Virus record (IMG/VR): IMGVR_UViG_3300023297_000003
Origin: a virus
Lineage: Duplodnaviria; Heunggongvirae; Uroviricota; Caudoviricetes
DNA: 64,000 nt
Direction: 5' to 3' (one strand)
Below, piece by piece: positions 28,344-38,380 of the stretch (positions are counted from its first letter, which is position 1; each line of letters opens with the position of its first letter). The position numbers and the translations under genes are program-made. Below the pieces are notes generated by a model, which had not been told where the DNA came from, did no database searches, and saw only the letters and a program-made list of their open reading frames with translations.

Positions 28344-28446
28344 CTTGTGGTATGATCAGGGTGTCCGGGTCGGCTACACTCCCTTTGCTGGGGGAAGGGA
28401 AACCGGATCTGAGGAGGTCGGTGCGCCGACTATGGCCTCCACCCTT

Positions 28447-28536
28447 GGAAGCGTCGCCTAGTGGCTGAGGGCACTGGCCTTGAAAGCCAGCGACGGGGCA
28501 ACTCGTCCGAGGGTTCGAATCCCCCCGCTTCCTCCA
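28447..28536 (+). tRNA. tRNA-Ser(TGA)
   Basis: Cloverleaf with CCA. Confidence 0.93.
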
Positions 28537-28564
28537 AAGGGGCATCCAGTAAAGGACAACCAGG

Positions 28565-28966
28565 ATGAGCATCAAACAGGTGATCGTGCTCCGTACCGAT
28601 CTCAATATGCGGAAAGGGAAGATGGCAGCTCAAGCTGCTCATTCGAGCATGAAGGTGTTCTTCGACCGCATGCACGAGGTTGGGGACAGCCGCTTTGAAC
28701 TTGGCCCCGATGAGTCATGGGACTGGCCTGGGGCGGTCCTCCCGTGGGTCACCGGACAGTTCACCAAGATCGTGCTCCAGTGCTCGTCAGAGGAGGAACT
28801 CCTTCGGCTGAGGGATGAGGCACAGAATTTGGGACTACCTCACGCTCTCATCCAGGACAGCGGGCTGACTGAGTTCCATGGTATCCCGACTTACACTGCG
28901 TTAGCTGTTGGGCCTGCGGAGGCTGTTCAAGTAGATGCTGTCACCGGGAACCTGAAGCTGCTCTAG
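28565..28966 (+). CDS. pth2: Peptidyl-tRNA hydrolase, Pth2 type
   Basis: KQVIVLRTDLNMRKGKMAAQAAH, KIVL, IQDSGLTE, AVGP, TGNLKLL. Confidence 0.93.
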   Translation: MSIKQVIVLRTDLNMRKGKMAAQAAHSSMKVFFDRMHEVGDSRFELGPDESWDWPGAVLPWVTGQFTKIVLQCSSEEELLRLRDEAQNLGLPHALIQDSGLTEFHGIPTYTALAVGPAEAVQVDAVTGNLKLL

Positions 28967-29388
28967 AACAGAAGAACCTGGAGCTTTTTCCCCCAAATCT
29001 TTTTGACCAGTTTCGACAGGGCCTCCCGATCCTCTATCTCTTCCTTCTGTAGGGAGGGCAGCTTCATCTGGGCCACCACCTCGACACTGGTGGAGGATCC
29101 TCGTATCTGCATCGGCTTCGGGTCGACCTCGATTCCGGCCTGCCGTATCCCTTGCAGGATCCTCTGAGAATCTCTGGTGTCCTTCAAGAGCGCAGCCTCC
29201 AGTTCGGAAGCGACTACGATGGGGTCGTGGAAAGTCGTCGTCAGGAGCAACCACGGCACTCTGTCATATTGTTTGATCTCAGCCCAGCGCCCTCCCGCTC
29301 CTGCCGTCTTCCGTAACAGGGGCAAGAGGTAAGGTTGCAGATGCTTGTGTTCTTTGGCCAACCTGACGATATCGTTGCGTAGACTCAT
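28963..29388 (-). CDS. Hypothetical protein with LRxxxVxLAxxH module
   Basis: MSLRNDIVRLAKEHKHLQPYLLPLLRKTA. Confidence 0.7.
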   Translation of the reverse strand: MSLRNDIVRLAKEHKHLQPYLLPLLRKTAGAGGRWAEIKQYDRVPWLLLTTTFHDPIVVASELEAALLKDTRDSQRILQGIRQAGIEVDPKPMQIRGSSTSVEVVAQMKLPSLQKEEIEDREALSKLVKKIWGKKLQVLLF

Positions 29389-29487
29389 GTGTGCCCCCTC
29401 ATAGTTACCATGCTCAGAATATAAGGAGTCTACGCAACTAGACCAACGTGGAGTCTCCCTCACGGGCCATCTCCACATCCCGGTACC

Positions 29488-30501
29488 TCAAACATGGTTC
29501 GACCAATCTGTGACCCTCTGACACCATAGCACAAAGTCTTTTACTCTGAAGGTGTATTTCATTCGGTTCAATTTTTTGTGGACCCACTGGATGTTACCCG
29601 GCTCATATCCCTTTGTGTTGTCAATGCGGTCTAGCGATGCTGTTCGTTCTTTGTGCCTACCCTTGATGGTTCTCGGATTTAGTACCCATCCGGTCAAAGC
29701 ACACCGTCCGTTTTGACCGGAAAACTGTTCCCACACATCCTGATGGGAAACACTTACGGAAATGTTTCGGGTTGCTGCTTTTCCTTTGATCTGGCCCCAA
29801 AGATAACCACTGATGTCTCCACACCCCCGCCAATTTTGGTTAGGTTTGTAGTTCCCGGACACATAATTGGGGGTGGGGTTGCTAACTCCATTGGCGTGAT
29901 CTGTCACAGCACGACAGATCTCCAAGAATCTGTCCATTGTGAAGGTGCCCTTCATCTGGTTTATGTCCTGATGTACCCATTGGATGTTCTCGACGGTGTA
30001 TCCGAGACTGCTGTTTGTTCTATCCAAGGATGCCGTTGTTTTTGACACTGATCCAACACCACTTGTTTTTGGGGCAATGATCAGAGGTGTTCCGGTCAAG
30101 GCACATTTTCGTTCCTGCTCCTCAAATTGTGTCCATGCCTGTTCAATGGATAGGTCAAAGGAAAAGCCTCTGATTTTTGCATTGTGCCATTTGGCTCTCC
30201 ACATAGTTCCGCTAATGTCTCCGCACCCTTTCCAGTAAGGATTCTTCTGTTTAGACAAATTCTGGACCTGGAGGCAACCGCAAGATCTAACGGAGGGGTC
30301 CTTCAAAAGACGAACACGTTTAATCTCAACCGTTTTCCCACAGTCACAAAGACATCGATAGATGTAATCGTACCTGTAGAATTTGCCTGTGCTGCTTATG
30401 TATGGTTCTGTTCGTAGAAAGGACTGAACAAGGAGCTTCCCCTGTCTTTTTCCGATGATATCATCAGGATTCGTTCTCTGTAGGTGTTCAGGAATCGTCA
30501 T
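29488..30501 (-). CDS. Homing endonuclease with duplicated HNH-like domain
   Basis: 2x CALTG..ASLDR...GY...NIQWVH..N.MK; CLCDCG; AT-rich. Confidence 0.85.
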   Translation of the reverse strand: MTIPEHLQRTNPDDIIGKRQGKLLVQSFLRTEPYISSTGKFYRYDYIYRCLCDCGKTVEIKRVRLLKDPSVRSCGCLQVQNLSKQKNPYWKGCGDISGTMWRAKWHNAKIRGFSFDLSIEQAWTQFEEQERKCALTGTPLIIAPKTSGVGSVSKTTASLDRTNSSLGYTVENIQWVHQDINQMKGTFTMDRFLEICRAVTDHANGVSNPTPNYVSGNYKPNQNWRGCGDISGYLWGQIKGKAATRNISVSVSHQDVWEQFSGQNGRCALTGWVLNPRTIKGRHKERTASLDRIDNTKGYEPGNIQWVHKKLNRMKYTFRVKDFVLWCQRVTDWSNHV

Positions 30502-30690
30502 CTAACATCCCCCTATCAGAACGCAGCATACAACAGGATGCCTTTTTGTGCAAACATAATGTCGTTTCTTTCTCCTTTCAGGTAATTACTTTATGCTCCA
30601 CCTTGATTGGCCCGAAGAGAGCTTGACTTAAATCCGACATCGGGCTAGAAACAGGGTCGAACTTTCCGTGAGAAAACCAGGAGGAAAACG

Positions 30691-30909
30691 ATGAGGAGTC
30701 CATTAGCCTTGCTTGAGGTTCGGGGTTTTGATGGTGAGATGCATTGGGTTCCAATTAAGACATCAGCTTCTGCTAGGGGCTGTGCCGCCCGCCGGGTGAT
30801 CTTCATCCGAAACCCGACCTCCGAGGAACGCCAAACGGTTGAGCGCTGCCTCTTCCATCCTGACGCTGTCGGCTTGTACCAGTTGGATCAGTTGCTTCAG
30901 ACCGCCTAG
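30691..30909 (+). CDS. Hypothetical protein
   Basis: AGGAGG RBS. Confidence 0.55.
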   Translation: MRSPLALLEVRGFDGEMHWVPIKTSASARGCAARRVIFIRNPTSEERQTVERCLFHPDAVGLYQLDQLLQTA

Positions 30910-30929
30910 TCGGGCGTGTCCCCTTTCGA

Positions 30930-31193
30930 TCAGTCCTCAGCGAGATGCTCTGCTGCTGCCTGATAGGCGAGGCGGAACTCCTCCTTGGACAACTCCTCGG
31001 GTTGTCGGGTATCGGTGCGGGTCGAGGAGAGGTGTGTGAGCACCACCGAGGTCGCTCCCAATCCACTCGGGAAGTGGACATCGAACACAACCTCAACGGT
31101 TGGGGTCCGTGCGGGTTCCGGGGTGGCTCTTTCGAACTGGACAACAACCAGATCTGAGTCCACGCTCTTGGATGAAATCACTCGCATAACCAT
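30930..31193 (-). CDS. Hypothetical protein
   Basis: AAGGAG RBS. Confidence 0.55.
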   Translation of the reverse strand: MVMRVISSKSVDSDLVVVQFERATPEPARTPTVEVVFDVHFPSGLGATSVVLTHLSSTRTDTRQPEELSKEEFRLAYQAAAEHLAED

Positions 31194-31202
31194 AGCTCCT
31201 TG

Positions 31203-31228
31203 ACTTTCGGCCTAATTAGGCCGAAAGT
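31203..31228. promoter_or_regulatory. Perfect 26-bp palindrome over the tnpB promoter or IS left end
   Basis: ACTTTCGGCCTAATTAGGCCGAAAGT overlapping TTGACT. Confidence 0.6.
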
Positions 31229-31297
31229 GTCTGTATGAGAGATGAAACTCCACTTCAAGTTCGTATGTCGGTGGCAATCCAGGTACTGGAAAAGTAG

Positions 31298-32410
31298 ATG
31301 CGTAAAGCGCACAAGACCTTCTCTGTCCCTACTATGAGGCGATCCAGCCGCATCTTCATCAACGATCTGAACACAGGAAAGCGGGACGAACTTGTAGGTT
31401 TTTTGCGATTGTGTCACGACACCACACAGTACTTCGTTGATCTTTTTTGGCAACGAAAGGACTTCTCGGCTACGCTCGCAGACCTCCCTACAGTGCATCG
31501 AGGACGAGACAGGTTTGGGATCACGACCCGACTTGCCCAAGCCCTTGCCAAGCAAGCGAAGGAAACGGTCCGATCTGCCCATGCCAACAAGCACAGGAAG
31601 CCTAGCCTTCGTAGACACACAGCTACACTGTGCTCGCATTTTGTAACTATTTCGGAGTTCGATGGGGCGTTCGATTATGCTATAAAACTGATCGGCTCTG
31701 GAGCCCCTAGAATGGTCATTCCTACGAAGAGTACAGCCCATCTCAACAAGATGCTTGGTGATGGCTGGAAGATCGGTAAGTCTATTCGGCTCGGTCGTAG
31801 AAGCGACGATCTCTACGTAGACCTCTTGCTGGAGAAGCCCAGACCTCCAAAAAACAAGACCGGGAAGATCCTTGGGATGGATTCCAACTACAAGGCCGGT
31901 CTTGTCTTTTCCGATGGTCAGCAGGTCGCAGATGAACCATATGCCCTTATCCAGCAGTTTGGGCGTCGCAGGAAGCACACAAGAACCTACATCAAATCGG
32001 TGGTTGGGCATGCCCTCAAGTCTCTTGACCTTGCTGGTGTCCAAGAGTTGTGCATCGAGGATTTGAAACATGTGAAGCGTGGTACACGGGGAAAGTTTCC
32101 TCGTCGGTTTAATAGGCGGTTGTCTCATTGGCTTTATGCCTATACGGCGGATCTCATTGAGCGGAAATGTGAGGAAGAGGGGGTCCGGTTGAGACGGAAA
32201 GGCCCCTGGAAAACCTCGCAGTTTTGTCGAGTATGCCGTAAATGGGACAGGCGAAACCGGAGAGGTGACAAGTTCAAGTGTGTGCATTGTGGGCATTCCG
32301 AACATGCCGACCTCAATGCCGCCAAGAACTTGGAGCTTCTTGGGTTGGCGGGAGTTTATGGTCTCCGTTCACTACCGAGCCCTCTGCCGGTTTATGCCGG
32401 TTCTGGGTAA
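31298..32410 (+). CDS. tnpB: RNA-guided endonuclease TnpB
   Basis: LGMDSNYK, IEDL, TSQFCRVC, CVHC, HADLNAAKNL. Confidence 0.93.
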   Translation: MRKAHKTFSVPTMRRSSRIFINDLNTGKRDELVGFLRLCHDTTQYFVDLFWQRKDFSATLADLPTVHRGRDRFGITTRLAQALAKQAKETVRSAHANKHRKPSLRRHTATLCSHFVTISEFDGAFDYAIKLIGSGAPRMVIPTKSTAHLNKMLGDGWKIGKSIRLGRRSDDLYVDLLLEKPRPPKNKTGKILGMDSNYKAGLVFSDGQQVADEPYALIQQFGRRRKHTRTYIKSVVGHALKSLDLAGVQELCIEDLKHVKRGTRGKFPRRFNRRLSHWLYAYTADLIERKCEEEGVRLRRKGPWKTSQFCRVCRKWDRRNRRGDKFKCVHCGHSEHADLNAAKNLELLGLAGVYGLRSLPSPLPVYAGSG

Positions 32411-32425
32411 CCATTGTCGTCTCCA

Positions 32426-32911
32426 CTACTGCGCCTGGGAAACCCCGGTGATTGTCAGCTTGGCCTCCTTCGCCGTCACAGTCTTGGCCACCTTGGTGCG
32501 GGGCAGCTTGGCGATGACAGTGGCTTTGACCTGGGCAACGGCATCATCGACACCCGCTTCGGCCAGGAGGCCCTTCGTTGCCTTTTTGTCGAGCGAGATC
32601 GCTTCGATGAGGACTTCCTTCAGCGTATCGAGCGCTGCCTCACGGGTGGCTCCCATCCGTTTCACCAGCAGCCCCAGGGCGGCGAGTACGGGGATGGACG
32701 CCGTGGGCATCCTGTCGCTGTCGTGGCCGATGGTGACCGTGCCGATGTCCAAGGTCATGTCGATGGAGACCCCCTTGAGGGTTTGGCCCCCGTCGACCTT
32801 GTCACGGGGGTTCTCCTTTCCGAGGGCGGTCTTCAGGGCGTCCTTTATGCCCGCTTCAAGAGCGAGGGCGATTTCCGGGGTAATGGGAACTGCAATCTTC
32901 GTCTGTGTCAT
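32426..32911 (-). CDS. Hypothetical protein
   Basis: GGAGG RBS, phage promoter upstream. Confidence 0.75.
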   Translation of the reverse strand: MTQTKIAVPITPEIALALEAGIKDALKTALGKENPRDKVDGGQTLKGVSIDMTLDIGTVTIGHDSDRMPTASIPVLAALGLLVKRMGATREAALDTLKEVLIEAISLDKKATKGLLAEAGVDDAVAQVKATVIAKLPRTKVAKTVTAKEAKLTITGVSQAQ

Positions 32912-32938
32912 GTTGGACCTCCGTTGTTTACACTCTAA

Positions 32939-32965
32939 CTACTCCAAACCGGACCCCGATGATCC
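32939..32965 (-). promoter_or_regulatory. Phage promoter GATCAT-N14-GAGTAG
   Basis: Exact motif. Confidence 0.7.
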
Positions 32966-32992
32966 AAGTTCGAGCTGTCTCAGACTGATTTG

Positions 32993-35617
32993 TCATTTCT
33001 TCACTCTCTTTCCCCGTCCCATTCGGATGTCCACAAGCTCATTTAGTTTGGCTATCAGGAGCTTGGGGAACTGCCCCACCGTGTTCGAGTGGACGTGGTC
33101 GGGGAACAACGTCTTGACATAGACCGCCCCCTTGCCAATACCCACCCCGATGATGTGAATGCCCGCCTCCTTGGCGAGACGAAGTTGCCGCCGGATAACA
33201 TCACGGTGGCCCCAGTTGGGCTGACCATCTGTGACCACAAACAGGAAACGGTGGGCTTCGTTCCGTGCGCTGAGTCCCATCAGGGCGAACTGGATGCCAT
33301 CCGACATTGGGGTGCCTCCGGCAGCTCGGGTGTTGGCAAAGCGCCATCGGATGCTCTGGAACCGCTCATTCCAGCCCTTAAAGACGTCGTAGATGACCCC
33401 CTCCGTCCTGTGGTAGTCACCTGTATCCTTGGCGTCTTGTCGGACATTGGTTCGTCCGTCCCTGAATCCGAGGGCCAGGACCGGACAACCCAGCCCATCG
33501 AGGGGTTCGGTGATCGCCATAAAGATCCGGGTGGCCGTGACCTTTTGATTGGACATTGACCCGGATTCGTCTGCCACAATGGCTGCGGCCATGCTCATGT
33601 CGAGTTGTGTCGTCTTTCGGCAGTACGCCTTGGTGGGACGCTGATGTCCCATCAAAGCCACACGGGAGTCCACCAGGAACCGTCCTGAGAGTTTTCGTCC
33701 CTGGGGGAGGCCATGAGCCGTGCGGGTCTGTTCTTGCGCCTGGATCAAGGTACGTAGCCTGGACCGCAGATAGGCCGATTGAGCTTTGACCGTTTCCAGT
33801 ATCTTGTTCGCTGCTGTCAGGTCAGCGGCTTTCCCCCGTGCCGAGGGCTTCACGATGTTGACCCGATCCGATTCGGGAGCATAGGGCTTCCAGACCTTCT
33901 CACCGGCTTCGGCCTTGTCCTCCTTGGCCTGAACAGCCCCGATGCTCGCCTCCAGGGCACTTCCTGCCTCCAGGAGGCCCTGGTCCTCGTTGGCTTCGGC
34001 GGCGATTTGTTGGGTTAGGTCTGACCAGTCATTTCCTTCTAGTTCCTCTGGCCCCTCTAGGTGCCCACCAGCGCCCGGAGCAGTTACGTCGGCGTCGGTG
34101 CCCCCATCTTTGGGGTCAGCGTTGTGGGTGCCGTCTGTGGGGTCAGCATCACCCTCTCCGCCACCGGCATCTCCGTCCTCCGGGGTTGTACCCTCTTCGG
34201 GCGGCATGTCATCAGAGGGGTCATCCTCCCCCCCACCTTCGGTTGTACCTTTGCCAGGGGTGTCATCGCCCGAGGGGTCACCCTTATCGGTTTCCTTACC
34301 ACCCCCAGCGTTGTCCCCGTCCTTGTCCTTTGTACCAGGGTCGTCTTTCCCCGCTTTGCCCTTGCCAGTGCCCTTATTGGGTTCATCTCCCTCGTCATCT
34401 CCCTCGTCGGCCCCTCCACCGCCAGCCGCTTTATCCTCCTCCTCATCGAATCCCTCGAACCGGGGGGACTCTTTGGGATCGGCTGGATCCAGTGCCTTGG
34501 CTGGGGGCTTGTCCACGGGCTTTTTCTTTTCCACATCCACCAGTTGCTGGTGGCCACAGACGGTGCAAGTCACGATACCCTTTCCGGGTACCTTTCCGCC
34601 ATGCCCGTCCGACTGTGGTCGCACGACCAGCTTACCAGCGGAGGCTCCGCACTGAGGGCACTTGGTTTCGCCGTCCCCGCACTGGCCCTTCTTCGATTGT
34701 TTGTCCTGTTCGTCGTCACCACTCAACTCAGCGAGCTTGGCCAGCACGTCCATCGCAAGGCGCAGGCTTCCCAGCCCGTCTTCCTTTGTGAGACCCCGTG
34801 CTTCCCGAAGGAAGGGAGCGAGCGGTCCCTCCAGGACCAGTTTCACGGCATCGGCACTCGTCAGGCGGTACCCCTCTATGGCATTCCGTTGGATATCCGT
34901 GTTATAACCCAGGCCCACATCCCGGAACGTCCGCTCTACAACGGACAGGGGAGAGGGCTTCCCCCCGTGGCCCCGAAGAGTGTCTTCCCCCTGAGCCTCC
35001 TGCATTATGATGAAGTCCTGGAGGTCACACATTTTGATGTAGATGCCGTCGAACTCCTGGCACCCGCAACGTTCGATGCGGACATCCTCTATCAGGTTTG
35101 ACCACTGAAGGAGGGCCATAACGTAGCGGGACCAGTCCTTGACCTTGGCCCAGCGAGGAAGCACGACCTCTTCGATTTCCTTCGTGGTCAGGTTGCGGGT
35201 GAGGCTGTACAAGGAGTGCAGGGCTTCGTGGTAGGCTCCACCTGTCAGGGCCATCGCTGTCCTTACCGGGAGCACGTCCGGGGTGTTGGCGATAACGATT
35301 TCCCGCTTGTTGTGCTCCACGATTGTGGCGTTGACGGTTGCCACCCAGGTGGCAACATCCCCAGATGTGGGAACGCAACCAGGATTGTCCGCCGCCCAGC
35401 GGCACATCTCTTTGATGATCTTGCGGGATGTCCAACGGTCCAGGTTGAAAAACCGGGATCCACGGGAGGACACACGGGGTGCGTTCCTACCCAGGATGCC
35501 GATGACGGACGCCCGGTACCCGGCTCGGTGTTTTGCCCCGGACAGCGCCGGGATGAGTTCTCTGGTGTCTCCAATCAGCATCTGCATAGGTGCGCCTGGT
35601 TTCGAGATGTTGGACAA
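32993..35617 (-). CDS. vWA-domain protein (CobT-like) with N-terminal metallopeptidase-like motif and acidic linker
   Basis: YHEALH..NLIEDVRIE; Zn finger; D/G-rich linker; DESGSM, GGTPM, TDG. Confidence 0.85.
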   Translation of the reverse strand: MSNISKPGAPMQMLIGDTRELIPALSGAKHRAGYRASVIGILGRNAPRVSSRGSRFFNLDRWTSRKIIKEMCRWAADNPGCVPTSGDVATWVATVNATIVEHNKREIVIANTPDVLPVRTAMALTGGAYHEALHSLYSLTRNLTTKEIEEVVLPRWAKVKDWSRYVMALLQWSNLIEDVRIERCGCQEFDGIYIKMCDLQDFIIMQEAQGEDTLRGHGGKPSPLSVVERTFRDVGLGYNTDIQRNAIEGYRLTSADAVKLVLEGPLAPFLREARGLTKEDGLGSLRLAMDVLAKLAELSGDDEQDKQSKKGQCGDGETKCPQCGASAGKLVVRPQSDGHGGKVPGKGIVTCTVCGHQQLVDVEKKKPVDKPPAKALDPADPKESPRFEGFDEEEDKAAGGGGADEGDDEGDEPNKGTGKGKAGKDDPGTKDKDGDNAGGGKETDKGDPSGDDTPGKGTTEGGGEDDPSDDMPPEEGTTPEDGDAGGGEGDADPTDGTHNADPKDGGTDADVTAPGAGGHLEGPEELEGNDWSDLTQQIAAEANEDQGLLEAGSALEASIGAVQAKEDKAEAGEKVWKPYAPESDRVNIVKPSARGKAADLTAANKILETVKAQSAYLRSRLRTLIQAQEQTRTAHGLPQGRKLSGRFLVDSRVALMGHQRPTKAYCRKTTQLDMSMAAAIVADESGSMSNQKVTATRIFMAITEPLDGLGCPVLALGFRDGRTNVRQDAKDTGDYHRTEGVIYDVFKGWNERFQSIRWRFANTRAAGGTPMSDGIQFALMGLSARNEAHRFLFVVTDGQPNWGHRDVIRRQLRLAKEAGIHIIGVGIGKGAVYVKTLFPDHVHSNTVGQFPKLLIAKLNELVDIRMGRGKRVKK

Positions 35618-35643
35618 ACTTGTCTAACTTCTCTGGCGTCCTT

Positions 35644-36927
35644 TCACCGCCTTAAGCACTCCGAAGAGTGACGGGATCGACCAGTTATAGATCCCGATTC
35701 GTCCTTGGGGATCTCACCCAAGTTACCACCTTTGCCTGCATCATTACAGGAACCAGAGGTAGGGCTGTGAGCCCGACTATTCTTTGGTTTCAGGAACTCG
35801 TCCCTCAACCACGACCAAGCCTTCGGCCTAAGAGTATGCTCACGGGATCTTGCTTCCAGCTTTACCCGAGAACCCCCCAAACCAAATAACTTGTCCGTAA
35901 ACCGCTGACTCTCTAAAAACCCTTGACCCCGCCGAGCTATCACTAGCGCAGCAGCGGTATGGACATTCAGAGAGTACATATCCTGATATTTGAGTTTACC
36001 TAAAATGGATGTGAACGCAGGATTAACCTCAACTACCTCGACGCCCATCCTAGTCGCTCTTGACCTGATGGCATCGAGCATCTGACGATGAAGGAAATTA
36101 TGGGACATCCGATTGAACTTCTTGTTCTTCTGCTTCCCTGCCCTGAACTTCAGAGCTTCGAGAACAAGAGGTTTCTTTATTAAGAAAGCAAACAGAACTA
36201 CCTGAACTGCTAACAATCTGATGTCGTAAGTTCGCTTCTTTGATCTAGCAAACCTAATCCGTTGCTCGTTCTCATAGTGATGATGAACAAGCTGCCCTTG
36301 GTCGTTTGTCTCAACAACTGCAAGACCGTCTGGATTACAGTCGATCCCTATGGCTCCCTGACTGACAGGTTTCGTTACGATCCGAGGAGTCGGGAACTCT
36401 GAGGAGATCTTGACCTCAACTTGGCCTTTTCGGTAGATAAGCCTCACGTCATAACAGTCGGGATTGAACGCAAACTTCTTAGGCATCCAAAAACGACCCT
36501 CGATCCATTTCCCCTTTTCAGAAGGATCGTTGACAAGGATCTTGTCCCCTACGACACGGATGTTGGGATTTCCACTATGAGACTTGTCTCCTCGGGAGTA
36601 GAGGAGCGAGTTCCTTTTTTGTACCCAATCCTCTTTAGAAATTTTGCCTCTTTGAAGGTCTCTCCAGGTTTTCTTGCCTCCGAAGATCACCGAAGGTGTA
36701 TTGCGCTTTTGGGCAGCGAGGCCACAAGCGTCCCCAAGATACCGTTGGTTCAAGTCAGCCATGTAGTTCGGCTTGATGGCTTTTTTGACTTCATTAGCGA
36801 CATGCCCAGTTCGTCTCATGAACTGGTAAGCAGCTCGTGTCGCTGAGGACTGAACCTTCATAAGAGAAAGGATCCGATCCATTTCTGGATCCGGGAACCA
36901 AGCTCTGCCGTGGGATACCTTCCTCAT
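35644..36927 (-). CDS. tnpB: TnpB-related nuclease (no Zn finger)
   Basis: YSRGDK..GNPNIR, IGIDCNPD, VLE, VNPAFTS, HTAAALVIARRG. Confidence 0.9.
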   Translation of the reverse strand: MRKVSHGRAWFPDPEMDRILSLMKVQSSATRAAYQFMRRTGHVANEVKKAIKPNYMADLNQRYLGDACGLAAQKRNTPSVIFGGKKTWRDLQRGKISKEDWVQKRNSLLYSRGDKSHSGNPNIRVVGDKILVNDPSEKGKWIEGRFWMPKKFAFNPDCYDVRLIYRKGQVEVKISSEFPTPRIVTKPVSQGAIGIDCNPDGLAVVETNDQGQLVHHHYENEQRIRFARSKKRTYDIRLLAVQVVLFAFLIKKPLVLEALKFRAGKQKNKKFNRMSHNFLHRQMLDAIRSRATRMGVEVVEVNPAFTSILGKLKYQDMYSLNVHTAAALVIARRGQGFLESQRFTDKLFGLGGSRVKLEARSREHTLRPKAWSWLRDEFLKPKNSRAHSPTSGSCNDAGKGGNLGEIPKDESGSITGRSRHSSECLRR

Positions 36928-37051
36928 GTTTCGAAGAGTACACGATTCTACTCCTCCAAGTCAAGCCTTTTTCTTTGATGTCCTGCACTTGATTCCTTTG
37001 CCCAGGCTTACCCAACTTTTTTGGGGGGTGGGTTGAACCCCTCCACCTTAT

Positions 37052-37118
37052 CTACTCTAGGGAACAACAAGATGATCCTGGAAAGTCCGTGGGATCATCT
37101 GTGGACCCCCCGGAGTAG
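37052..37118. promoter_or_regulatory. Back-to-back divergent phage promoters
   Basis: Motif on - (37052-37078) and on + (37092-37118). Confidence 0.75.
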
Positions 37119-37159
37119 ATGAGGTACGGGGCAAATGACCCCTGACGTCTGGAGGACGA

Positions 37160-38380
37160 ATGGCGAGCAAAAAGATCACTTGTCGGGAATGTGGCCACGA
37201 GGAGTTGGATTACCTCGGGGACCATCTGGTGGAAAAGCACCGGCTCTCGGTGTCTGACTACCTTGCCAAGTACCCCGGTGCCGAAACGATGTCGGAACGG
37301 CTCTGGAAGAAATATCAGGCATCCATAAGGAACATGAAGCGGACAGCGCCCCCTGCGCCGGACAGTCTGACGATACCATTGGCGGGGGCAAATTTCACTG
37401 TTAACCATGACGTTCCCGACTCCGTGTGCCTTCCGATGCCCGCCAACTACATCCTTCCTGAACACGGGGAATTGGGTGCGGATGTGTCACACGCCTTGAT
37501 CAGTCTGTTGAAGGGTCGCAGCATGTACATCTGGGGGCTGCCCGGATCTGGTAAAGACGCCCTGTTCCACGCTTGGTCTGCCTTGACCCGCACGCCCGCC
37601 CTCATTCGACAGGTGAAACCAGGGACTGACATCGAAGCTTGGTTTTTCAGTCGGGGGTTTAACGAAAAGGGCACCTACTGGGAGGAGGGCAACGTTCTCA
37701 AAGCGCTCCGTGACGGATACACGACCAGCACAGGGCGAGTTATCCCCTATCTGATCCTCGTTACGGACTTCGACCGTGCCGACCGAGAACAGGCCGAACA
37801 CCTTCGGCTCATCACCGACTCCATCCAGGGACGAGTGGACGGCCCGGCGGGAATAACCTACCGGGTGATGCCCGGAACCCGCATCGTCGCCACAGCTAAC
37901 ACATCAGGCGGGGGAGACGAACGGGGACGTATGGTGAGTGCCAACCCCCTGGATGCCTCCCTGCTAGATCGTTTTGAACACAAGTACCAGTTCCACTGGC
38001 TGGACTGGACGGATGAGGAAAAAATCATCAGGGCCAAATTCCCCCGCCTGCTCCAACGTGCCCCCAGCGTCATCATTAAGATGAAGGATGTGACAAGGAA
38101 GCTGCGAGAAGCAATCCTGAACGGTGATCTGCACGCCGAGTTTTCTCATCGTGGCCTGTGCAGTATCCTTAGCCATGCTGAAGACATCATGGATGTCTCA
38201 CAACGGGTAGACAAACGCCTGCTCAAATGGGCCGCACGGTGCTGGGTGGATGGACTGCCGGATGATGAAAACCGGAAGGCGGCGAAAAACATAATGGATC
38301 CTAAGCTCGGGATGTTGGACGAAGGGGACACATCGCACGTCAAGAGCGGGGATCTTGCTGGAACGCTGGGGTTTGACTGA
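37160..38380 (+). CDS. MoxR/CobS-type AAA+ ATPase with N-terminal Zn finger
   Basis: GLPGSGKD, variant Walker B LVTDFD, ATANT, LDASLLDRF. Confidence 0.88.
   Translation: MASKKITCRECGHEELDYLGDHLVEKHRLSVSDYLAKYPGAETMSERLWKKYQASIRNMKRTAPPAPDSLTIPLAGANFTVNHDVPDSVCLPMPANYILPEHGELGADVSHALISLLKGRSMYIWGLPGSGKDALFHAWSALTRTPALIRQVKPGTDIEAWFFSRGFNEKGTYWEEGNVLKALRDGYTTSTGRVIPYLILVTDFDRADREQAEHLRLITDSIQGRVDGPAGITYRVMPGTRIVATANTSGGGDERGRMVSANPLDASLLDRFEHKYQFHWLDWTDEEKIIRAKFPRLLQRAPSVIIKMKDVTRKLREAILNGDLHAEFSHRGLCSILSHAEDIMDVSQRVDKRLLKWAARCWVDGLPDDENRKAAKNIMDPKLGMLDEGDTSHVKSGDLAGTLGFD

Noticed and set aside
30570-30682. Additional TnpB right-end remnant (..ACTTTCC..AAACCAGG)
   Set aside because: The match is too short and overlaps the RBS of the next ORF.
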